From positions 1 to 19,188 of the forward strand of contig JBHLRP010000057.1 of the NCBI GenBank assembly GCA_048882485.1: a stretch of DNA of 19,188 nucleotides. Reading direction: 5' to 3'. The translations under genes and the position numbers were made by a program. Below are positions 6,833-14,721 of the stretch, in pieces. This stretch comes from Candidatus Thorarchaeota archaeon (GTDB lineage: Archaea > Asgardarchaeota > Thorarchaeia > Thorarchaeales > Thorarchaeaceae). The stretch's first letter is position 1, and the number at the start of each line of letters is the position of its first letter. The notes under the pieces are model-generated. The model was not told where the DNA came from. It searched no databases and worked only from the letters and a program-made list of their open reading frames with translations.

Positions 6833-9800
6833 TGTCTTTCCTAATAATAGCTTGGCCTTTTTCACTACGTTTGGATTTCGTTTCATCCAACCAAAGAGCT
6901 TGGCTCGTTTCTTTCGATCATTTGGCGGTGCTATCAGTCCCAATAGGGCCGCATGTAATTTCCGTCCAGCTTTGATTGTCCAATGGGCTGATACTCTTCC
7001 TGTAACCTCAGAATAATTCAAACCCATGAAATATTCTCTGGCGGCCATACCGTTATTCCTCAGGAGATTCTTTTCATCCATGAGTAGTGTGGGTGGAGTT
7101 AACGGAATCACCTCAATAATCTCGGCAGCTATTCGTGCGATTAATCCGTCCTTCCTCTTTGCAAGTCTGGATAATCGGGTTGGGGTCATAAACCAATACC
7201 TGCGACCCGCTATTCTCTTCTCTTCACTGAATTTCTCAACGAGATTTGCATGGTATTCTCCAAGTGGATTCTTGGAGCGCTTTTTCGGATCATAAAGTAC
7301 AACTGCTCTTCCAATTCCGAATTCTAATCCCTTTTTTGATTTCATGATTCTCACCCATCCTTCCTCAGGTATGACCTCTTCCAGATATGCGCGTTGAACC
7401 TCCATAGGGCCATCCAATATGAACGATGGCAAGTGCATTCCCTTTAGGACCTTATCTCCTGTTGGAATCCCAAAGCTGTGCATCAGCCTTCCTAAAACCG
7501 GAGGCAGACTGAAACCAACAACTTCTCCATCCTCGGTTAAGTCTCGAGTGTAGACATCTCCCAAAGCACCAAGCCACTTTCTGACAATGGCACGTCGATG
7601 TGCGTTTCTCTCAGAATAGGATGTTGCGAAATCATCAGCAATGTGGCCATCAGATGCCAAAATTGCGAATAGGCGAGCGGCAATCACAAGGAAATCCTGT
7701 TTCGAGAGAATCTTAGGATTTGATAATTGGTTTCTCTTTCCTATAGCCGCTATCTGATCCTCAACATCAAAAATAGACTTGTCATTTGCCTCGAGGATGA
7801 ACCTCAGGGTTTGCCCAATGAGATAATCTGTATCGAACCTGAGATCTGAATTTGTGCCACTCTCGGGAAGCTCGTCCACACGCCCGACATCTGTCATCTG
7901 TCTAACTAGTTTGCTGAGGTTGAATTGGCCTACCCCGCCAAGAGCCTTCATTGCATCTCGAATGAGCGTTTCTTTGAAAGCTTGGTCAAAGTAGAAAAGT
8001 TCTGAACCCAACAACTGGAAGTAATCAAGCGGGTCATCCTCGACCTTTCGAATGAAGAGCGTGTTTTCGACAATCCCCACGCGAAGACCGTTCTCGCTCC
8101 TCACTCTCATCAATCTCTCGATATCTCCTCTGTTCTCAAATATGAACTTGGCAAGTTCTGTTAGCCACCTCGGGTTTTCGTGATTGTAAGATCTCAGCTT
8201 AGCAAATGAAATGGGCCGTGTCAAATCCTCAGTCAATTTTAGGAGTGAGTTAGCGACCTTTCTCACAGTCAGATGCTCTCTCTTTCTGAATCGTTTGAGA
8301 GATTGATACAACTGTTCGGATGGAATCAAATTCATTCTCGCATTCTCTGAAAGGGCATTCTCGTACTCCCTACGTTTCCTTTCATTATTTGCTAGCTGAA
8401 CCAGAAATGGAGACTGCAATCCTTTGTGGAACCAATTTGTAACAGTCCCGGCTGGTTGTCCGACACGTCGGGCTATCTCTCTGTATGACATCTCAGGGTA
8501 GCGTTTCTTCAATTCCAAGGAAGCAAAGTACGCTCTCACTCGCTCGTTTCTGTCATTGAAATCTAGCAAATCATGGAGATATGGATGTCGCTTCAGAATC
8601 CTCTTATACTCGGTCCACGTTCTAATTCTGTGAGCATCAGAGACTTTCGACGGCCTAGGGGTGGCAATTCCCGATTCTCTCTCGGCAACCTGTCGTAGGA
8701 GGATTGGAATCCGTTTGCCGCGTCCCCAATCATTGACCGTAGGAGCTGAGAGACCGTGCTTTTGTGCATATGCTCTAGCAAGGGCTTGTAATGGCATTCC
8801 AACATTCTCTAATGCAAAGTCAAAGAAGCCATAATACAGCTTGACTCTCTTTCTGCGTTGAAGGAAATCCTTTGATTTCTTCAAATCAGAATGCTTTCTG
8901 AGAACTTTGAGAAATTCTGAATATAATCTGGGGATTCCTGGAAGGAACATTGGTGTACTGACACTGACATCACTCTCCATCCTCTTGCGGAGCACGGAGA
9001 CAAGATAAGGGGCAGTTTCTCCCTTGACCCATCTTCGAAGAGTTCCTCTATTAACCTTGAACTTAGCTGCGATTTTCTTGAGTTGTTCTGGAGAGGGTTC
9101 ATCAGCTATCACGCCAGCATCTTTGGCAGTCATGACCTCTACCCACGTCCTATACTCCCTGTACCACCTGCCGAAGTCTGCCCTTTCCTTGAGGTCTGGA
9201 ATTAGCTCCAGCATCTTGTCTACAACTTCAGGCATCCACTCCGCGGTGACGCTAGGCTCATGTAGGGGTTCATCATCTTCTATTTCGGAGAACTCTTTGG
9301 CCAGCTTCAGCAACGCCAGCCATCTGCGCTCTGCAATGAACTTCTGAAGGTCGACTATCAGTTTGGGTGGTTTACTCTCAGCTTTCTCATCCTCTGACTT
9401 GCTGAGATATTCAATAGCATCTCTCTGTGCAGCAAGAAAATCGCTGTCATCCCATACCTCAGGGACCTGTTTCAACGCCTCTCCCAAGTCTTCCTCAGAG
9501 TCAATGTCCTTGAATAGCAGAGGCCTGATCTTCTCCCGTTCTTCTTCACTTAGGCTCTCCCATATTTCCCCTAAGACTCGACTCAATCTCTCCTCCCGCG
9601 ATTCAGGAAACATCGAGGGTGCATGCATCCCTTCTTCGATATATAGCTCACCGGACCACAGGTCTCGTTTGACAGACGGATGGTCTGTCAGGACATCCAG
9701 AATCTCGGCGAGTCCTTGCTCTTGCTCCTCGTCAGATTCAGTTTCGCCTTGTTCAGCTTCAGTTTCTTTTGTGTCGACCTGTGACTCATTCGAGTCGTCT

Positions 9801-10864
9801 AAACTGGTTTCACTTCCCTCATCTTGGACAACGTTAGAAGCGTCATCCTGTGACTCATGATCAGGTGCTTCTATTTCCTCGGATTGGTCTTCATTGTCAG
9901 ACTGTGGTTCAGCGAATTCATCAGGTGCATCCGGATCTGAATGGTCAGCGTCTTCTAAATCTGTTGAGGAATCATCGACTTCCCGAGAGGAAGACTGGTC
10001 TTCTTCCAAATCATGCACTGATTCAGTTCCCTCATTCGAGGAAGTTTCAGTCGCATCTTGAGTGTCCTCTGAGGACTCCTTTGCGGTTTCATCATGCTCA
10101 GCGAACTCATCTAAGGTAGATTGCTTGGTTTCCTGACTTCCTCTGGTTGACTGGCTCCTTTCTAAATCACCCTCACCGACTCCGCGCATTGGAGCTTCTT
10201 CAGGATTATCATTGAATGATTTTGGACTTCTAGCTTCAGTTGCTTCTTCTGAGGGTTCTGGAGCAGGAGATTGCTCACTGGTGTCTTCTTGCTCCGGTTC
10301 AGGTTCTGCTTCCTCAGAAAGCTGGCCTTTGTTAGAAGATTGACTCTTTTCAGTATCTTTTTCCGATTCAGGAGTTTCTTCAGTTTCAAGCTCCGACTCA
10401 CTCTCTGCTTTCTGGACCTGCATGGTCCCATCGCCAGAGTCATGATAGCTGTCTGTAGTTTCTGTGGGGTCTGCTTCTTTCTCCGCCCTCTCAGTTCCAT
10501 AATAGCGTCTAGCTTCCTCAGAGAATGCCTCTTTTGCAGGGCATTTCTCATGCATTTCGTGGACATACTGGTCATGAAGGTCTTCTCTGGCTTCAGACAT
10601 ATTGTTTAAGACTTCCTGTGATTCTGCATCTACCTCTTTCGCAGCCTCACCGGTATCTTTCTCATCTTCCTCGTACCATTCACGCTCAAGCTGGTCAGAT
10701 AGCTCTCTCATTTGTCTGCTGGCTTCCTCATTCTCCCGCGCTTCGTCCTCCTCCATCGCTTCCTTGAGCCTTTCAGCCAGCTCTCGCATTCGTTCTTTGG
10801 ACTCGTCATCCAAGTCTTCATCCGTTTCTCTCGGATCAGAGTACTCCCGGCCCTCACTACTCAT
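6809..10864 (-). CDS. 1351-aa multidomain protein: acidic disordered N-terminus, tandem HTH-containing repeats, C-terminal LAGLIDADG (DOD) endonuclease-like domain
   Basis: aa ~1-385 are strongly D/E/S-rich. Three HTH-like motifs end at W612, W713 and W811. LAGLIDADG-like blocks: RLFAILASDGHI (D1072), GIPTGDKVLKGMHLPSFIL (K1138), QRAYLEEVIPEEGWV (E1168). Starts 10 nt after the ATPase stop, with a G-rich RBS. Confidence 0.8.
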   Translation of the reverse strand: MSSEGREYSDPRETDEDLDDESKERMRELAERLKEAMEEDEARENEEASRQMRELSDQLEREWYEEDEKDTGEAAKEVDAESQEVLNNMSEAREDLHDQYVHEMHEKCPAKEAFSEEARRYYGTERAEKEADPTETTDSYHDSGDGTMQVQKAESESELETEETPESEKDTEKSQSSNKGQLSEEAEPEPEQEDTSEQSPAPEPSEEATEARSPKSFNDNPEEAPMRGVGEGDLERSQSTRGSQETKQSTLDEFAEHDETAKESSEDTQDATETSSNEGTESVHDLEEDQSSSREVDDSSTDLEDADHSDPDAPDEFAEPQSDNEDQSEEIEAPDHESQDDASNVVQDEGSETSLDDSNESQVDTKETEAEQGETESDEEQEQGLAEILDVLTDHPSVKRDLWSGELYIEEGMHAPSMFPESREERLSRVLGEIWESLSEEEREKIRPLLFKDIDSEEDLGEALKQVPEVWDDSDFLAAQRDAIEYLSKSEDEKAESKPPKLIVDLQKFIAERRWLALLKLAKEFSEIEDDEPLHEPSVTAEWMPEVVDKMLELIPDLKERADFGRWYREYRTWVEVMTAKDAGVIADEPSPEQLKKIAAKFKVNRGTLRRWVKGETAPYLVSVLRKRMESDVSVSTPMFLPGIPRLYSEFLKVLRKHSDLKKSKDFLQRRKRVKLYYGFFDFALENVGMPLQALARAYAQKHGLSAPTVNDWGRGKRIPILLRQVAERESGIATPRPSKVSDAHRIRTWTEYKRILKRHPYLHDLLDFNDRNERVRAYFASLELKKRYPEMSYREIARRVGQPAGTVTNWFHKGLQSPFLVQLANNERKRREYENALSENARMNLIPSEQLYQSLKRFRKREHLTVRKVANSLLKLTEDLTRPISFAKLRSYNHENPRWLTELAKFIFENRGDIERLMRVRSENGLRVGIVENTLFIRKVEDDPLDYFQLLGSELFYFDQAFKETLIRDAMKALGGVGQFNLSKLVRQMTDVGRVDELPESGTNSDLRFDTDYLIGQTLRFILEANDKSIFDVEDQIAAIGKRNQLSNPKILSKQDFLVIAARLFAILASDGHIADDFATSYSERNAHRRAIVRKWLGALGDVYTRDLTEDGEVVGFSLPPVLGRLMHSFGIPTGDKVLKGMHLPSFILDGPMEVQRAYLEEVIPEEGWVRIMKSKKGLEFGIGRAVVLYDPKKRSKNPLGEYHANLVEKFSEEKRIAGRRYWFMTPTRLSRLAKRKDGLIARIAAEIIEVIPLTPPTLLMDEKNLLRNNGMAAREYFMGLNYSEVTGRVSAHWTIKAGRKLHAALLGLIAPPNDRKKRAKLFGWMKRNPNVVKKAKLLLGKTEKEIHEG

Positions 10865-10874
10865 TCCAATCCCC

Positions 10875-13800
10875 CTATGCTGTAGCCTTCTCTAACTCTG
10901 TGTGCACGTCTGACAACAATGGCTCATCGACTGGATTGCTGTACTCTTCTGAAGCAAGCTGAATGACCTTGACAGCCAGGGGAAGAAGAGCATCATCACC
11001 AGCCGCACCTATCTTGGCTGTTTCAACTGCTAGTCGAACAATGTACTGCAACTTCCCTGTCCTTGCCTTTTCCACAGCAATGTGATAGACTCTCTCAAAC
11101 TCTGGATTCCTCACAAGACGCAATAAGGCATGCACAGTTTCATTATCCAAGATGAAAGACATCTTTGACTCCCGAAGCTCAAGAGTCTTGAGAATGTGCT
11201 CGGGCAGTTTCTCATGAATGAAACGTTCTGGCTCACGTTCAAAGAAGTCTTTCATTAACTCAGTGACCTTGGTATTAGGCCATCTCTGTTCATAGGGTGA
11301 CGCAACGAGAATATCTCTCAAACTGAATACCTGAACGTTCAAAGGAGAGTCATGTCGGTCTAGAAGAACGATCGCTTCACCTGTTTCAAGTCCCCCGATG
11401 TGCAATTTCTGGCTCTCATCACACCTCGTGAGACTGGTTGCTAGGTCCACCTCTTCATGTCTGACCTTGTGAATTATCACATTCTTTGGAATTGTCAGAG
11501 CCTCCTCTACTAACAGTCCTGGCAGCTGGTCGATGAGAAGTAGCCCGAGTCCATTGCCACCTATGACTCGGAGCATTCTAATGATGCTGTCCATGGCCTG
11601 TTCTGTTGCGGACTGTCTACCATCAGTCCTACGAGCGACTTTCTTCAACAGTGTATGTGCCTCTTCAAGGACCAAGACATTCTCAATAGTATTTGCAGGA
11701 TTCGCCATTCGATACTCACTGATTCCGCCAGTCAAGATGCCCATGAGAAGCTCTGCGTGAAGGTCACTAAGTCCTTCTATCTCGATGATGGTTGGATGCT
11801 CCAGCAACTCTCTGAAGGTCACACCTCCCCTCGTGTTGAACATCCTCACAAACTCCGGATTCATGAGGATAGCCTTCATCCTGGTTCTTAGCGCACCAGC
11901 AAAGTTTCTGGACACCTCGTCACCATACTTTAGGTCATTCTCAATATAGTACTCGATCGCATCATGGAGGTCAGAGAGAAGGATAGGCCTTCCTCTCTTG
12001 TTCGAGTTGACATCCCATTTGCAGATCTGGTATGCACGCTGGAGGATGAGCTTGAAGTGCATGGTTATGACATCCTCGTTAGGCAACCATGCATGAAACA
12101 CGTCAGAGAGCCTCTCGATCCACTTCACAAGCGAGACCCCGTCAGGAGGCTCCCAGAAGTTGAGGAGAAATGGTGATGTGTCAGGGTCTCCAGCGGTGAA
12201 TATCCGAATGTCTGGGAATAACGACCGTAGTAAACGCCAGTCACGGACCTTGTGTGGGACAATGATGATGGGCTTGACACCAATGTAGATCATCTGGGCA
12301 ACTATGCAGACTGACGTCCATGTCTTGCCAGTCCCCGTTGTTCCAAAGACGGCAAAGTGGCCCCGCATGTCCGATGGCTTCAGCCATACTGGGTTCCCAT
12401 GGTCAGGCCTTCCACTGATGGTCAGTGGGAATCCCAAGAGGACTACACCACACGGGTCATGCCTCCACCATCGGTCTTCGTGGACCTCTATGAGACGCTG
12501 CCTAGTATATTCCAACTCGCCCTTTGCATCAAAACGGATATGACTGACTGGAATTTCTGGAAAGGCTGTGGGGAATGACTGTCTCCTTGATATCTTGATA
12601 CCCATTGTTCCTCGGGGCAGGACTATCAAAGAGGCTGCTTCAGATAGATGCATTAGTGTGGCGCTGCCATGGGGCAGTCCATCAACTACTCTTAGGACAG
12701 CATCCTTCTGCTTTATTGCCGTCAGTTGAAGATCACGTTTCTCATCTGCAGGCCTTATGCTACTCACCAGGGTGTGCCCCAACTGGCTGACAGCTCTCTC
12801 CGCCTTTGCGGCCCTTGGTGCCCATGCCACCAAATTGACACGCACATTGCACGCAACCAATGCTTCTTGTCGTCGCAACTCGGATGCATGACGTCTTGCC
12901 GTCATTGATGCAACGGTGTCGACCTCGGTATAGGTGTCTTCACCTCTTGCTCTACTCTTCTTTGACTTCCTGAGTTCGGACTCCAGTCCTCTTCGAGCCC
13001 ACCATTCCTGAAGCATTCCGCCTCTTGTAGGATCAATCCAGACCTGCACGATTCCATTCTCTATTCCTTGAAGAGCATCAGCTATGGCAGTTAGTCCATT
13101 CACAGTTTGCCGATTGTCCTCGACGGATAGAGGCTCTCCTTGAAGCATCAGACCACGCACTTCTATGTTGGAAATGACAGTTGTTTTTGGAAATCTGTCA
13201 TGAACGATGACTCGAAAAGCTCCGAGGCTTGTCTGAACCTTTCCCACCAGACTCAGGACATTTTGACTGAGTGTTCTGCTATCAGAGGCGCGGCTGAGTA
13301 GGAACACACGTGTCCTTCGATTAACCCTCTGAATCCTGACTCCAAATGGAATGCCAGAATGCGTCACAGCCTTGAGAAGGTTGTAGAAGGGTTCTGCAAG
13401 GATCCACCTGTCTGTGTGCTGTGCCTGTGGAAGGAGGTGGTCCTGTGGTATCTCTACTACTTCAACTCCTCCCACATAGCCGTCAGCAAGAGAGGCGTCA
13501 TTTTGGACTATGTTCTTGATTGACTGAACAATCCCTCGCCTCTGAATGGGCAACGATTGTGTCTGATTTCGGTATTGAAATACTAGAACACCCATCACGA
13601 TTATTCCAGTGGATATGATGAGCGCCACAAACGATGGGATGGAGGGAAAGAGAGCCTCGATCAGACTCATTGGTATACCAACAAGGAAGACCCCAATGGT
13701 GCCAAGCACTACCGCTGGTCCAGAGTAATCCTTGAGGATGTTCCAGTTGTCCTGGAAGGCTCCGGCATACAGACCTCCTCCAATGCATACTAGAGTGATT

Positions 13801-13934
13801 AGAAATCCTAGACTACTTAGTCCCTCATTCATGAATGGATTCAGCGCAACCAGCACCGCTTTGACTATTGACGCTGAGATAAGGGCACCGCCTGCACAAA
13901 CCGCTAGTTTCAGCAGTGAACCTACTACACCCAT
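10875..13934 (-). CDS. Membrane-anchored HerA/VirB4/FtsK-superfamily (DUF87-like) P-loop ATPase
   Basis: About four hydrophobic helices in aa 1-120. HFAVFGTTGTGKT Walker A (12321-12344), VLVLEEAH Walker B (11655-11678), and LLLIDQLP conserved-Gln strand. RBS GGAGG at 13942-13946 (minus). Confidence 0.88.
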   Translation of the reverse strand: MGVVGSLLKLAVCAGGALISASIVKAVLVALNPFMNEGLSSLGFLITLVCIGGGLYAGAFQDNWNILKDYSGPAVVLGTIGVFLVGIPMSLIEALFPSIPSFVALIISTGIIVMGVLVFQYRNQTQSLPIQRRGIVQSIKNIVQNDASLADGYVGGVEVVEIPQDHLLPQAQHTDRWILAEPFYNLLKAVTHSGIPFGVRIQRVNRRTRVFLLSRASDSRTLSQNVLSLVGKVQTSLGAFRVIVHDRFPKTTVISNIEVRGLMLQGEPLSVEDNRQTVNGLTAIADALQGIENGIVQVWIDPTRGGMLQEWWARRGLESELRKSKKSRARGEDTYTEVDTVASMTARRHASELRRQEALVACNVRVNLVAWAPRAAKAERAVSQLGHTLVSSIRPADEKRDLQLTAIKQKDAVLRVVDGLPHGSATLMHLSEAASLIVLPRGTMGIKISRRQSFPTAFPEIPVSHIRFDAKGELEYTRQRLIEVHEDRWWRHDPCGVVLLGFPLTISGRPDHGNPVWLKPSDMRGHFAVFGTTGTGKTWTSVCIVAQMIYIGVKPIIIVPHKVRDWRLLRSLFPDIRIFTAGDPDTSPFLLNFWEPPDGVSLVKWIERLSDVFHAWLPNEDVITMHFKLILQRAYQICKWDVNSNKRGRPILLSDLHDAIEYYIENDLKYGDEVSRNFAGALRTRMKAILMNPEFVRMFNTRGGVTFRELLEHPTIIEIEGLSDLHAELLMGILTGGISEYRMANPANTIENVLVLEEAHTLLKKVARRTDGRQSATEQAMDSIIRMLRVIGGNGLGLLLIDQLPGLLVEEALTIPKNVIIHKVRHEEVDLATSLTRCDESQKLHIGGLETGEAIVLLDRHDSPLNVQVFSLRDILVASPYEQRWPNTKVTELMKDFFEREPERFIHEKLPEHILKTLELRESKMSFILDNETVHALLRLVRNPEFERVYHIAVEKARTGKLQYIVRLAVETAKIGAAGDDALLPLAVKVIQLASEEYSNPVDEPLLSDVHTELEKATA

Positions 13935-14173
13935 CTTGTGGCCTCCGTATCCAGATACTCCCAGAGTCTGCGAGGCTTCCGACAGGACATAATGTCCATC
14001 ATGTAGCTCCGTTCTATAGGTCTGACAATGAGTCCTTTAGAGTCCTCTTTTCTTGGTACCAGCGCAGGGCTTCCTGACGATGGATATAGAGTGACTCTGA
14101 CATGGAGCTGCGTTTCCGCATCTTCATTCTTCTCCTCTATTGCATCCACCATAGTTGATCGTAGCCTCGACAT
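13925..14173 (-). CDS. Small hypothetical protein, first gene of the ATPase-endonuclease operon
   Basis: RBS GGGTGA about 6 nt before ATG 14173. The 3' end overlaps the ATPase start by 10 nt and contains the ATPase RBS. Confidence 0.55.
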   Translation of the reverse strand: MSRLRSTMVDAIEEKNEDAETQLHVRVTLYPSSGSPALVPRKEDSKGLIVRPIERSYMMDIMSCRKPRRLWEYLDTEATRWV

Positions 14174-14276
14174 CTACTCTCACCCTAGTGTAAGACAAGA
14201 CACTTGGAATAGTAAGGTTTACTTACAAGGCCAAAATCTGCTCAAACCTGTGATAAAATGAGAAACGCACCATATA

Positions 14277-14290
14277 ACGCCCTAGGGCGT
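14277..14290. repeat. Perfect 14-bp palindrome ACGCCCTAGGGCGT
   Basis: Identical to its own reverse complement; abuts a minus-strand TTATATG (14277-14271). Function unknown. Confidence 0.6.
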
Positions 14291-14721
14291 GAACTAGACC
14301 CTTATTATCTCATATTCATTCAAAATGGATATTAGATGTTGTTTTCTGGTTATGAATTGAGGAAAAATGACCCATGTATGTATTGTGTATCTCGTCGAAC
14401 TTGTTGAAATCTCGTGACCCTCTACAAACCACCTTTCATCTTTCACTTCTACAAAGCAGATTAGACCAAAGAGTAAACTGCCGAGAGTGAATGCTATTAT
14501 CCTGCCCTCTATAGCGCTCCACGCTGGTGTTGGCGAGGCCTGACTCCATAATATCTCATGCATGGCCGGATACTTTTCAATCCATGCCAATGGACTCAAT
14601 TCCTTACGATGTCACTGGTGAGGGTATCAAGCGTGTAGCTTCCCCTACCCTATTGCGTCAAGGAGAACCGGAACCCACATATCGCGCTGTTTTCATGCAG
14701 GGAACGTATGTGGAGGTATAG

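Noticed and set aside
6809-8300. Intein within the 1351-aa protein
   Set aside because: LAGLIDADG blocks are present, but I found no N-terminal Cys/Ser block A, no TxxH block B and no His-Asn plus nucleophile junction or C-extein.
9024-10895. Ser/Leu/Phe-rich plus-strand ORFs (e.g. 9363-9860, 10271-10609, 10602-10895) and the alternate-frame ORF 10162-10575
   Set aside because: Antisense or frame shadows of the Glu/Asp-rich coding sequence.
10875-13934. Canonical herA of the herA-nurA-mre11-rad50 repair operon
   Set aside because: It has a TM anchor rather than a HAS barrel, is far longer, and none of the partner genes are adjacent.
14294-14599. 101-aa minus-strand ORF (and the overlapping 64-aa plus-strand ORF 14527-14721)
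   Set aside because: TTG starts, no clear RBS and no recognisable motif. One hydrophobic stretch is not enough, though a remnant or small gene cannot be excluded.
6795-14720. Formal mobile-element call (ICE, transposon or provirus) for the cassette
   Set aside because: No integrase, transposase, relaxase, capsid gene, tRNA target or flanking direct repeats were found by eye; mobility remains a hypothesis.
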